From assembly GCA_965235115.1 (NCBI GenBank), contig OZ249436.1:53568001-53632000 (forward strand): 64,000 nt of DNA, in the 5' to 3' direction. This DNA is from Laetmonice hystrix. Taxonomy: Eukaryota. Of this stretch, positions 52,601-62,477 are shown one piece after another. The notes beneath the pieces were generated by a model. It made no database searches. It saw nothing but the letters and a program-made list of their open reading frames with translations, and had not been told where the DNA came from. Made by a program: the position numbers and the translations under genes. Numbering within the stretch: the stretch's first letter is position 1; each line of letters opens with the position of its first letter.

Positions 52601-55600
52601 CATTTGGACGTTGTGTTGTCTTTCAGAATATGATGACCCTCATGCTATCGTCGTACTGGTGGAGGAGGAACTGGTGGCTATCGACCTCCAGTCTGAAGGC
52701 TGGCCGTGCTTCAAACAACCCTACCTGTGCTCACTCCATTCCTCGGCCATCACCTGCGCTCACCACGTCGACAACGTCCCTGACCAGCTCTGGACCAAGA
52801 TTCAGGAGGCTGGCGACCAGCAGATGAGCAACCTGTCCTCGCAGGAGTGGCCCATCTGGGGCGGTAAGAACAACAACACAGCACCGACCGCTAAGAACCT
52901 CCTGCTCACTGGGCACGAAGATGGAAGTATTCGCTTCTGGGATGCTTCTGACATCACAATGCGCCTCCTGTACAAGCTGACTACATCCAATGTGTTTGGA
53001 ACGGACATGGGGGCCGGAGACCACCCGCACGCTGAGGCTGAAGAGGAGTGGCCACCATTTAGAAAGGTTAGTTGGCCATAAAATGACAAGGGGTAATTTT
53101 ACAATTAAGACATGCCTATAAACCTATGAGAGATTTGTCATGTGAAGAAGTTATTTGCCATGGTTGGGGTTAATATGTGCCATTATTCACTGCTGTTGTA
53201 TATCGTGTTTCCATTTTACTCAACCTAAACCACCATTGTGTTGTAGGTTGGCACCTTTGACCCATACAGTGATGACCCTCGCCTTGGCATTCAGAAGATT
53301 GCCATGTGTCCCCTGAGTGAAACCCTCGTGGTTGGAGGCACATCTGGCCAGGTTGTTGCCCTGCAGTTCGAGCGTGAGGAGCGTGAGATTGAGATCAAAT
53401 CGGTCACTGTCAACATCGTGAGCGATCGCGATGGCTTCGTGTGGAAGGGCCACGAAGCCCTCAATGTGAAGGGAGGAAACATAAAGTTCAGCCCTGGCTT
53501 CCAGACGCAGTGTGTCATGCAGCTGTACCCACCAGCTGCCTGCACAGCACTGGCACTCCACTCTGAGTGGCAGCTGTAAGTATTTTATGAGCTGTCTAAC
53601 CTTATATCAAGGTATCTCGTTATTTTCTTTTAAAATATGATTTTTCTAGACATTTTGTTAGACAATGCAAAAAGTACTTTTTCTATCAGGCGCCTTAGTG
53701 TGGTCCCACTCCAAGTCACTAAATGGCACATTGAATGTGGCTGTAAGACACGACACATTTCTGAGTCTCTGGCTAGCCTTTTGTGTCGACATGCCTAAGC
53801 AGTGTATCCTAATAAAGCTGTGTTGCCTGTCTCAGGGTTGCTGCTGGTACAGCCCATGGTTTTGGAGTGTTCGACTATGGCCAGAAGAAGGAGGTCAGCA
53901 CCAAGTGCACTCTCAATCCAAGTGGTAAGCAAGATTTTTTACAAATATTGGGATTCCCCTAATGCAAGCAGTAGCTGCTTATCCGTGTAGCTTGAAAATT
54001 TTCAACACTGCTGTGTGATTAAAGATGACCAGATCTACACAAAATGAAACAGTCTGTGAAATGTATTTGTATATCTTTAGACATAGGTCTAGTATGTTGA
54101 GGTTAGGTGAAAGGAATTTTTCCAAAAAGACATTGTTTATCACTCCCTGGTTAAATTGTCACTAGATCTTACTGGAACAAGTGACAGTGCCATGTCAAGA
54201 CGTAAATCCTTCAAGAAGTCATTGCGCGAGTCATTCAGACGTCTACGCAAGAGGCGCTCTGATCGCCGCAAGAAGGCTGCTGAGGACAAGGATAAGAAGA
54301 AGGATGAAGGCAAGAAGACTGAGGAACAGAAAAGGTACATGGCCATCCTTATGCCCATAACCCCGGTCCATGTTACACAACGTTTTGTTACAATGCCCAT
54401 GAATTGTGAGAATATGAATTCTCTCTTCATAATTCTGATCCTTGAATAACATGCTTATGTGTGAGCAGGATTTCCACAGGTTATAAATATTCCGTGATCT
54501 TGCATCAGAGTATTTGTTGTGTCACAATAGAAAGTATTGTATACTGTTGTTGGACAGCCAAGAATATTGCAGTTAATTAACTTGTTAGTTAAAGAAAGAT
54601 ATGAAGTTCCGAGTTGGTTATAAGAAAATTTCACCTCTAGTGTGTACTTCATGTTGCCAGTGGTGAGGCTGGTGCTGCAGCTGCTACGCCGGCAGCCGAT
54701 GCCCCTGCTTCCACTGAGGGAGCAGCTGCTGCAACCACACCAAGCACGGAGACTGCTCCAGCTGCACCAGCTGCTGAATCACCCTCCACACCACCACAGG
54801 CTAGCACTCCGACTGTGGCGCAGGAGGTCGCCACTGAAGTGTCCCGCACCATCGAGCGTGCGATTGAAGCTCGTACGACTGACGATGCCATGTCATCCAT
54901 GGTTCGGTATCTATACTTCGCCGACACCTTCCTCATCAATGGTAAGGCACTTATGTTAATCACTTGGTAGAGAGGTATAATTTATCTCCAGTTTGTTAGG
55001 CTTATTTTGTTGGGTTTGATGTGACTTTTTCTTTTCAAAGTGGATTGTAAATTGATGTGTTGTTTGTTACAGCCCAGAATCACACACCCACCTTGTGGGC
55101 AGGCACCAATGCTGGCACCATCTTCATTTACCAGATCACCATGCCTGCCAATGACAAGAGGGACTCAGAGGCCATTCAGTGCGTCCTTGGTAAGTGGCAG
55201 GGGGAAGACAAAACAACTCAAACTGGTCAACCCCAAATAGAATACAGTCAGATTCCGTTTATGTGAATAATTTTGTTCCCTAGTAATTCTGTTTGGATGT
55301 CGGAGGTGTACAGATTATGGGGACCATTTAATATATAAGTTCGGATATCGGGGAAAACGGATGACTGGAGTACAGATAAACGGGGTCACCGTCTGACTTC
55401 AAAGTGATAGATACTTGCATACCATGATGTACATAATTATGCTTAAATGTAATATAAATGTGCTGGGAATTGACAAAATTTAATACTTGTAATTCGGGCA
55501 AGTGTTAAAAATTTTGACTTGAGCAGACCCAATGATGACTTTCCCTATGGCTAATGGGAATAGAACCTTTTTCATTTTAATTATTTTGATAGGATGAAAA

Positions 55601-58600
55601 AATGAAATTTTGTTGTACAAAACTGTATGAAAATGAAAATAGGAAAACAAAATAAGATGATGGCACCGTTGATTAAATTCTGCTTGCCTGGGCTAGTGGG
55701 TTAGTGTAAATGTAATGCCTGTTCTACTTTTAAATAGAGATGGTAAATACAGTTTTGAAACACAAACACCATCACAGTAAACATTCTCAGTGGTTATGTT
55801 TAGCAAAATCTTCTTGTATTTTACAATGGTAACCTGCTCTATAATGGTGACTGGCCTTTCAGGGAAGGAAATTCACCTGAAGCACCGGGCCCCTGTGATT
55901 TCCATCACTGTCATCGACCGGAACGCATGTCCTCTGCCTGGAGCACTGGAGGTACAGCACGAGCGAGCCAAGGCGCCGGACATGACTGGTAGCCACCAGG
56001 TCGTCATTTGCTCTGAGGAGCAGTTCAAGGTCAGAATCAGTGAATAGAACCTTGGATAACTGTCAAGTTACTTCTTTTTCTCAGTGTTAAAATACAGAAT
56101 AATTGGGAACTTTTTTGCCGTAGACTTACGTCACAGTGTCTGTTTTTGTGTTCTGCAGATCTTCTCTCTCCCGAACCTGAAACCTCAGAATAAGCACAAA
56201 TTGACTGCTCATGAAGGTTCCAAGGTTCGCAGGGTCGGCTTTGTCAACTTTAGAAGCCGCAGCGGTAAGTCAGCAACAACTGATTGTTCTTTTACAGTTT
56301 CATAATGTGAGTGATAATCAAGTAATGGTGACAAAGGAAAGGGAGCTGAACTTATGAATCCACAAATTTAACCAGATCAGATTTTGATTTTGACTATAAT
56401 TTCCCTAATTCTAGCTGGGTCTACATCTTTAATTCCCCCTTTATTTTTAACACTGAGTACCTTTTCAAAAAGGAGATTTACTGATGTAACACGGTGTAGG
56501 TAGTGTCAAGGAAGTTTCCAAGATAGTAGGGCAGCAATTTAAGAGGAAGATGTAAAGTGAAAGCTTGCATGATTTAACATTACATGGTACACATACCTTC
56601 TCACTGGAGGTTTTAACCTTTTGTTATTTCGTTATTTGTTTAAATTGTCACCTGCAGTCAGAACTCGTTTGATCAGCAATAGTATCTGTTTAGATTATGA
56701 CTTGTAAGGTAATCAGAGAAGCACAAATTTATCTCACATAACAGGAATGTTTGGAGTTGGGCTCCTTCCAGAAGTCATCTATTCATATTATGTTGAACAT
56801 GACCAATCAGTTGTGGTAATATATGTGTTGTATGGACTCTTCATAACGGCGTTTTTAGTTCGAAAAAAAAAACCATCAAATTTGGTTGAAAATGGCTTAC
56901 GTAAACTGCTCCCATCTCTAGTGAACATCTAGTTGTTTCTTTATTGGACCCTTCCCCCACATCGTCCTATGTCGTGGTTGACATGCATCCCCTGCACTAC
57001 CCTTGACGCGGTCTTGTGGAAATTAATTCTTCAAAAATGATCTTTTGTCTCTGCTTCCATCCATGCTGCAATTTCAGAAGATCCTGATGCAGGTAGGAGG
57101 TTGTTGTCTGCCAGTACAGCAGTGGGGACAAATTGGCATGAATTATGCAGAATGTCTTGTTGTGAATTTAATTTGAACATTTGCTTTGGTGGAGAGAGAA
57201 AACTAGATGTGAATCAAGCGAGATTTCTGAAGTGCAGAATTAAAAATTGTTTGATCTAATGGAGCTTCAAAGTCATGTTTTGAGGAACATGAAAAGTTAT
57301 ATTTTGCCACACCGGTATGTTCTTTCCGTGGTTTGTAACCATGTGCCTCTGCAGGTTTCAGACTTCGTTTTCCACAGAGATAATTATGAAGTAAGGAAGT
57401 GTGCTTCACTAAATCATTTTGTAAATTTAGTCCAAAGTTCTTGATCTATTGATGCTTTTGTGCCCTCCCAAAATGCCGCAATCATCGGTAAGAATGCCGT
57501 AACCAAAACGCTTTTAATACATATATGTTACCCCAATTGATTGCCTTAATGTACAACATTGTGGTATTTGGAACAAGTAACAGGATGGGAGCAGAGCAGT
57601 TGAAAGGAGAAGAAATAAGAGGTTTTTTTCAGGTTTTTAGTAAGCTGAATGAAGGATGGGCATATTTGGAAGCTCTTGACGGTGGCTTTTCTATGTTTGT
57701 ACAGACGAGAACTACAATGAAAATGATCTTGTCGTGCTGACCAACCAGGGTGACATGCAGATCTTCACAGTTCCTCACCTACGCCGTCAACTTAAGGCTG
57801 AGGCCATCCGCAAAGAAAATGTCAAGTAAGGTCACTCTCTCAACAAAGAAAAGAATTATTAAAAATCTTTCTTATATTTTAAGGGGTTCAATTTCACTTA
57901 GATTCCGATGTATTTTAAATTTTCACAAGACATTGCAAAATGTGGTATTTAGGCTTTATGAAGTATAAAGATCTCCAAGAAGCTCACTAAACTTGCTGAA
58001 TTTGTTTTTATTAGTGGCATCGTGTCATGTGTGTTTGCACGCAATGGAGAAGGATTCTTCCCTGAGTCGCCATCCGAGTTTGTCCGCTTCTCACTGTCAG
58101 CACGAAACATCTCGCAGCCCAAGTGTGAGGTAGAGCTGAAGGAGGGCATGCGACCCCCGCCCCCGGAGCCCACACCGGAGCCCGAGACTGCCACTGAGAC
58201 AGAGGCTGCACCAGCAGAGGGCGCTGAGGGTGCAGCGGAAGGGTAAGTATCGCCTGGTCAGTGGGCGGAGTATGGAGGGTTTCTAACCTGAAACACACCC
58301 CTCCCTGAGTAGCACCTTCCATTTGGTCTCCACCTGATTACTTTCTAACGAGGTCGTGGGATGTGGCTATGGACGAGAGTAGATACAGTGTTTATAGAGA
58401 GAATGTTGGATATTTGCCACCCTGGGAAATTAGGTATACTTAACTAATTGTTAAACCCTCCTTAATTTTGAATCGTCAGATCCCTTTAATTATAGATGGG
58501 TAGAATTCTCAGCTGTCTTATCACAGACAACTGTTCGGTTTTAGTGGTCAGGTCCATGAGGAAGAGTTTTCACACAGAACTGTCAGAGGACACAACAGAA

Positions 58601-61600
58601 AATGCATCCAACAGTTCATCAAGTAGAGTGTATCACTGATGTTTACAAGGTTACCCTCTTCCATAGTTAGCCCAGTGGATTGATCGCATGGCCTCATGAC
58701 AATGCTGGGTGTGAAAGGGGTGTTAATGGTAAAACTGCTCTAAAATATACTGATAAAATATTGATGTCAAATTAACTAGTTTTGACCACTTTCTGCATTT
58801 CTAATCATAACCATAAGGTTCACCAGAAAGGCAGGGAGTCTCTTGGAACACATACTGTCTTGATTTGGCTGATATTTTTAGATTACAATGTATAAAAAAG
58901 AGAAATTGTGTTAAATTACACCCCTTTGAACATGTCAGGCGTTTTAGCTCGTTCTCAATATACAAATGTATATGCTGATCAACAACTCCAAAGCAGGCAT
59001 GACGTTTTCCTTCCCTCAATACATGACGTCCAGCTATGGATTTTTACCCAGTTTTTTTTTGCCATCCTGAAATGCACAAAAAAGTGAAATGTTGCATTCT
59101 TCATTTAAAGCACTTTCAAAAATCCCACAATCCTTGCTATTTCTGTTCTGATTTTTTTTGGTGATGTTGTCAGGATTACAATCTGATCACGCTTTCCATA
59201 TCTCCTGTGATCAGTGCTTAAAGTAATCCCAGGGTGTTTGAGCGAGCAAGCTGTTGCTATTTGTAGCGATGCCGAGGCAGCAGATGGAGCTGATGACAGC
59301 AAGTTGGAAGGCGATGACACAATTGGCCCTAACGAGTCCCAAATGAGCCAGGACTTAACCATGGACAGTGTTAAAATACATCTGAGGTAAAGACCCATAC
59401 AGAGTAGTGCACACAGATGACTGTTGTCAGTGGTGCAGCACCATATAGCTCAACGTTTAGCTCGTCCTCACAACTCGGGTAGTCCGTGATGTGTGTTGCT
59501 TGTCTCTGTTCTTAGGTTTCTCACTCTGTAGTGTGTTCTAACCTGTCCATTGTATATGCTTCACTTACATAGTGATTACATTTGATTAGGTAACAAACGT
59601 GTTACTGATATTTCTGTACAACTAGAGGTAACAAGAGAGGTATCATTGCAGTGTAACATGTCTTGACATACTGACACACTCGCACCACTTGTGGCTTACT
59701 AATGGCTGTCTGCCCTCTCGAACACTAACAGTCTCGGATGACTCACATATAGCCGTTTTTATCAAAATGCATGGTCACTTGGTGTAGTACTTCTCCAAAA
59801 CTCAGTTTAGGAAAGCCATGCTGGGTTGAAGACTCGCACCTCCAATATTTTCTTTTCTCATACTATTAGAAGGCCTGCAGAATGCCATTTAGCAGAACAA
59901 ATGCCCCATACTGGGGTTAGATCTGTTAGTGCCCCTAAGATTCTCTGAAACGTGGAAGGGATGTAAAACCCATGGGAACCCAATATTTTACAAGTAGAAC
60001 TTTGAGAACTGGATATCCGTTATGGATATGGCAGGAGGTGAAATCGAAATAAAAGTTCCCCAATTATTTATTAACAGAAGTAAACTGAACAAATGTTTCT
60101 TGGACAGACAAAGCCAGGTGCTAGTGATCTAAGTGATTAGAGCGGGTATAAATAGCGTCTAGTTGTTTTAAGTACTGAAACTTTAACCTGTACTTAGTAT
60201 ATTTATAATGCCATACTTCAAGGGTAGATTGTTCATAGTCGGTAGTCCCCTCTCCTGCCACCTAGATCTTACAGTTAGAATTGTGCATGTGTGACATAGT
60301 TGATATTTTGTTTGATGGGATTGCTGTGGAAGAAAACTTGGTAAAATGTAAAATGCTGGCTCAATTCCATAAGGCTCGGGTTATATCTCTGAAAATGTAG
60401 TTCCACACTTATAACATGGCTGTAAAAATACTGTTTGAGAAAATACTTGTGCCTGCCTTTTTATACATTCTGTGGCTTGATTTCTAGCTGAATCAGTTTA
60501 ATATGTAGATAGGAAGACATAAAGTTATAGATGTTAAATTTAATTTAACAACTTTGTGAAGATGTCATGTAAATGTGGTGTTTAATTAAAAGTCTGTGAA
60601 GTGTTATTTTAGTTGTATGCAACTTACGCAAGTCACAAGTGTTTTCTACTAGACTAAACTCTACATCTGATTCAGACTTTTGGTCGGCTGTGCTTATATC
60701 AGGTGTAGCTAAGTCCTGTTCAATTGAATGGATTCATCGCATTGTCTTGGTGCACCTAGTGTTGTTTCATCATAGTCACGGAAGTGATGCCTCAAAAGAG
60801 TTGTTGGTTTGTTCTTTTGTCTGATCAGAACGTTGTGTTTCAGTGAGATGGCAAGTGAGGCCAGTAACATGATGAAGAGTGAGGTCCTTCAGACATCAAG
60901 CAGCGTCGTGCGAACAGTCGTCACCCGGACAGTCGTACAAGAGTCGTCTGTCGGTGATGAGCCAGCTGCCCGTGTTGTCCAGTCAGAAACGACCACAACA
61001 CGCACGACAATGCAGGATGGGGATGTCACGAGCACAGAAACCTCGACCGTTGTAGAGCAGTCAGGAGGTAAGGCTCATTCTGGATTTTTAGATATTAGAA
61101 GGTGTCAGGAATATGCTTAATATGATCTATGCTTTACGGTAGCATGGTCCTGAAGCAATGGACTGCATGTTGGCAGTGATAAAGGCTTTAATATGCGAGA
61201 GGAGGAGAAGATGTGGAAATGTCAGGTTTTATTTACTCGTGTTGGGAAAATTGGGCATACAGCAACCTCGCTGCTCCTGTCGATGCCATAGTCCGGTTTC
61301 TAACTGCCATATTTATTTAGAGAGCAAGTCGTCTGTACGAAAAGTCATGCTATAGGGCTGAAGAGATATGGTGCCACCGAATCTCTAGTTGGTCAGAATA
61401 AGAGCTTTCTGAATGCTGGCAGGTTACATTGGGTGAAGTGCAATCAAAAGTGATGTCAAGTTTCTTACACTTAGTTACAGTGAAGGGCTTAGAGGTGTGA
61501 ATTAAGAATTTGCTTCAGAGAATAATATGACATACACTGGTACAGATGGAATTCTATACCCACAGCTGGCCTGCACACTATGCCTGAAAAGAATGACTGA

Positions 61601-61820
61601 ATGTCGCTTTAACTAGTGGCTCTAAACCTTCTCTATCAAACTCTTTGAATGGTAGTGGTTGACTTCAAACTCTCTCATAGTCTCGACAAGTCTTTCTGAG
61701 CTTGGGGTTGAGGGACCAGAATTAATCTCTGATTGACCGTTTTCCCTGTCAGCCGTTGCTGCCAACTTGGACGACGACACCAAAACGAAAATCACTCAGG
61801 CTGCTGAAGAGGTCAGATAA
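16592..61820 (+). CDS. LLGL1: Lethal(2) giant larvae (Lgl/LLGL) polarity protein, whole gene span: 23 coding exons, ~1160 aa, WD40 double beta-propeller
   Basis: Manual join of GT-AG exons gives one open frame of 3480 nt to 61811. Recognisable Lgl motifs: [74 protein letters not shown]. The N-terminus and aPKC cluster fit Lgl rather than tomosyn. The symbol denotes the family; this is probably a co-orthologue of LLGL1 and LLGL2. Confidence 0.97.
17677..17774 (+). CDS. LLGL1: Lgl coding exon 2, [32 protein letters not shown](V)
   Basis: ttttttatag acceptor; ends phase 2 at a GTATCCTTT donor. Confidence 0.95.
19009..19535. mobile_element. Palindromic non-autonomous DNA transposon (Kolobok-like MITE), 527 bp
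   Basis: 240-bp inverted arms (19009-19248, 19296-19535) with 3 mismatches by eye and a 47-bp spacer; TTAA on both sides (19005-08, 19536-39); termini AGGG...CCCT. TTAA plus RR termini fit Kolobok; piggyBac begins CCC. Confidence 0.85.
24122..25107. mobile_element. hAT-like non-autonomous element (~986 bp)
   Basis: 15-bp TIRs CAGTCCTCGAAAAAA / TTTTTTCGAGCCCTG (2 mismatches); subterminal repeats GGACGAGTAA (left) and GGGCAAGT (right). No clean 8-bp TSD (atgtacat vs tacatgtt), so the superfamily call is tentative. Confidence 0.55.
26950..27103. repeat. G-rich low-complexity array with an internal ~60-bp duplication (GGTGGGGGTCTTGGGTGGGGTGGGG...ATGTGGATGGGT); G-quadruplex potential
   Basis: More than 15 runs of 3+ G; explains the Gly- and Pro-rich spurious ORFs at 26892-27142. 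Confidence 0.75.
31164..31430. repeat. Degenerate local direct repeats (CAATCACCGGCA... / AGACTGCAGGG..CCAGTA.ACGGGTGTGA), 2-3 copies
   Basis: Motifs recur near 31167, 31301 and 31390, and near 31218, 31240 and 31345. Confidence 0.55.
33148..33539. mobile_element. PIF/Harbinger-like MITE (392 bp)
   Basis: ~28-bp TIRs GGCCAAAAAAAAAAAAGTTTCGTTTCTT / AAGAAACGAAACTTTTTTTTGTTTGGCC with a TAA duplication (33145-47, 33540-42). Confidence 0.8.
34267..34348 (+). CDS. LLGL1: Lgl coding exon 3, [27 protein letters not shown]
   Basis: Phase 2 start completes Val; matches YGAPGVEF...HFLTGQ; donor CAG|gtacgt. Confidence 0.95.
34653..34762 (+). CDS. LLGL1: Lgl coding exon 4, [36 protein letters not shown]
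   Basis: tttgtag acceptor, AG|gtacac donor; matches GRLLSLLDDSSLHLWE. Confidence 0.93.
38590..38650. repeat. 24-bp tandem repeat (CTGTACTCGCAGGTCACCTGCCAC x ~2.5)
   Basis: Read directly; contains four CACCTG E-boxes (38604, 38611, 38628, 38635). Confidence 0.85.
43252..43398 (+). CDS. LLGL1: Lgl coding exon 5, [48 protein letters not shown]
   Basis: tttctag acceptor, AA|gtaagt donor; GTEGGN motif; frame-consistent. Confidence 0.93.
46195..46622. repeat. ~50-bp minisatellite, ~9 copies (GTCTGTTGGTAGAGTTCCTGGTGACCTTGGCAGTCTGCTAACTTCCAGTT)
   Basis: 50-bp period visible (46381 vs 46431); variant units 1-2 recur as units 6-7; ends 12 nt before the exon at 46635. Confidence 0.92.
46635..46707 (+). 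CDS. LLGL1: Lgl coding exon 6, [24 protein letters not shown]
   Basis: tttttag acceptor, AAG|gtactc donor; matches VPDDYRCGKALGPVE...DPTK. Confidence 0.92.
46970..47053 (+). CDS. LLGL1: Lgl coding exon 7, [28 protein letters not shown]
   Basis: tttttccag acceptor, CAA|gtaagt donor; matches ILIGYSRGLLVIWN. Confidence 0.93.
50217..50343 (+). CDS. LLGL1: Lgl coding exon 8, [42 protein letters not shown]
   Basis: Tandem CAG|CAG acceptor; G|gtatgt donor; matches QLESLCW...SHSDGSYAVW. Confidence 0.94.
51574..51625 (+). CDS. LLGL1: Lgl coding exon 9, (G)[16 protein letters not shown]
   Basis: tttttacag acceptor, GC|gtaagc donor; GPFPCKAI motif. Confidence 0.94.
52219..52385 (+). CDS. LLGL1: Lgl coding exon 10, [23 protein letters not shown]...DFTSRVVDF...DDPDK
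   Basis: tttcag acceptor, G|gtagaa donor; LLGL-domain motif. Confidence 0.95.
52627..53066 (+). CDS. LLGL1: Lgl coding exon 11, [20 protein letters not shown]...[11 protein letters not shown]...EEEWPPFRK
   Basis: tttcag acceptor, AAG|gttagt donor, 440 nt. Confidence 0.97.
53247..53575 (+). CDS. LLGL1: Lgl coding exon 12, [17 protein letters not shown]...GFVWKGHE...ALHSEWQ
   Basis: ttgtag acceptor, CT|gtaagt donor. Confidence 0.97.
53836..53924 (+). CDS. LLGL1: Lgl coding exon 13, [29 protein letters not shown]
   Basis: ctcag acceptor, G|gtaagc donor; matches VAFGTSHGFGLFDY...CTLHPND. Confidence 0.94.
54166..54334 (+). CDS. LLGL1: Lgl coding exon 14, with the polybasic aPKC phosphorylation loop ([22 protein letters not shown], 54195-54260)
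   Basis: Three Ser at i, i+4, i+8, as in the aPKC target cluster of Lgl proteins; actag acceptor, AG|gtacat donor. Confidence 0.96.
54661..54941 (+). CDS. LLGL1: Lgl coding exon 15: Ala/Pro/Thr/Glu-rich linker, then [32 protein letters not shown]
   Basis: ttgccag acceptor, G|gtaagg donor; conserved VR.LYFADTF motif. The real frame is not among the ORFs in the track. Confidence 0.93.
55073..55189 (+). CDS. LLGL1: Lgl coding exon 16, [38 protein letters not shown]
   Basis: gttacag acceptor, G|gtaagt donor; PT.WAGTN.G motif. Confidence 0.94.
55863..56029 (+). CDS. LLGL1: Lgl coding exon 17, [11 protein letters not shown]...[13 protein letters not shown]
   Basis: ctttcag acceptor, AAG|gtcaga donor. 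Confidence 0.95.
56159..56264 (+). CDS. LLGL1: Lgl coding exon 18, [35 protein letters not shown]
   Basis: ttctgcag acceptor, G|gtaagt donor; KLTAHEG motif. Confidence 0.95.
57078..57092 (+). CDS. Candidate 15-nt alternative microexon of Lgl (adds EDPDA)
   Basis: tttcag|AAGATCCTGATGCAG|gtagga; phase 1-1, frame-preserving, stop-free; upstream pyrimidine tract with TGC motifs. Confidence 0.55.
57705..57825 (+). CDS. LLGL1: Lgl coding exon 19, [39 protein letters not shown]
   Basis: ttgtacag acceptor, AA|gtaagg donor; matches LTNLGDVHVFSVPGLR...IRKEDI. Confidence 0.94.
58015..58242 (+). CDS. LLGL1: Lgl coding exon 20, [37 protein letters not shown], then a Pro/Glu/Ala-rich tail
   Basis: tttattag acceptor, GG|gtaagt donor; matches [29 protein letters not shown]. 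Confidence 0.95.
59267..59386 (+). CDS. LLGL1: Lgl coding exon 21, [39 protein letters not shown]
   Basis: tttgtag acceptor, AG|gtaaag donor; frame-consistent; D.T.DSV..HL resembles the Lgl C-terminal motif as I recall it. Confidence 0.85.
60844..61067 (+). CDS. LLGL1: Lgl coding exon 22, Thr/Val/Ser-rich C-terminal extension ([32 protein letters not shown]...VVEQSG)
   Basis: tgtttcag acceptor, G|gtaagg donor; phase 2-1, consistent with neighbours; GC-rich coding-like composition. Confidence 0.8.
61753..61820 (+). CDS. LLGL1: Lgl coding exon 23, [19 protein letters not shown] then VR* (TAA 61818-20), or spliced at GAG|gtcaga (61812) to an unidentified exon
   Basis: tttccctgtcag acceptor, phase 1; the true C-terminus is ambiguous. 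Confidence 0.7.
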
Positions 61821-62477
61821 GTTCTCCAGGCTTGTTCTCAGTAGACACTCCCTGCCCGCCTTACTCGACTAATGATGCCTGCCTAACTACTCACTCATAT
61901 CATTAATCTTTCCTTGGCATAATGCAGCTGTGAAATGAGCATAGATTTTGACGGAGGACATAGCAGTACCTGTACACAGATAACGAGGTGTTGATGAAGA
62001 TAGTTAGGGAAGGGTTATTCTAAGAGTGCTACATAGGGGTGTGTTAAGATGTGTGTCACAGCCGTGCAGATACAAACTAATAGCTCGCTCTCATGTGTGT
62101 AGTCAGCTTATGTAGATAAGGGCAGTAACAGTTTTGGCATAGGCTGAACCCAAGAGACAATCTTTTGGTTCCGTTCTTGGGTTCTGTCATTTTTGCAATT
62201 TAGATAAAAACTGATTTTGATGCTGGAGATATAGTTGTTAAGATGTTCTGTAATGAGTCTTTTTAGAAATGTAGTAATGCATGATCAAGATAAGGTACAT
62301 CCTTTGAAAATAATGATTATGCTTGGACTGACCAGTGGCCTGTTTGTATAATGAAGGAACTGCAGGAACTAGTTGTCTCCAGACGACTGGTTACCGGTAT
62401 GCCCCTCTGACAGGATGTCCGTTTGCGCCAGAATGTCCATCTGCGGCCATTCTTGTCCTGGGAACGGTTTTCTGCTC

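Noticed and set aside
57247-57390. Possible extra mini-exons (donors at 57315 and 57391; DNYE resembling DENYNE)
   Set aside because: Phases cannot be joined to flanking Lgl exons without a frameshift.
58545-58629. Possible extra Lgl exon ([23 protein letters not shown]) or alternative terminal exon
   Set aside because: Weak acceptor tract and weak donor (gtatca); frame compatibility alone is not enough.
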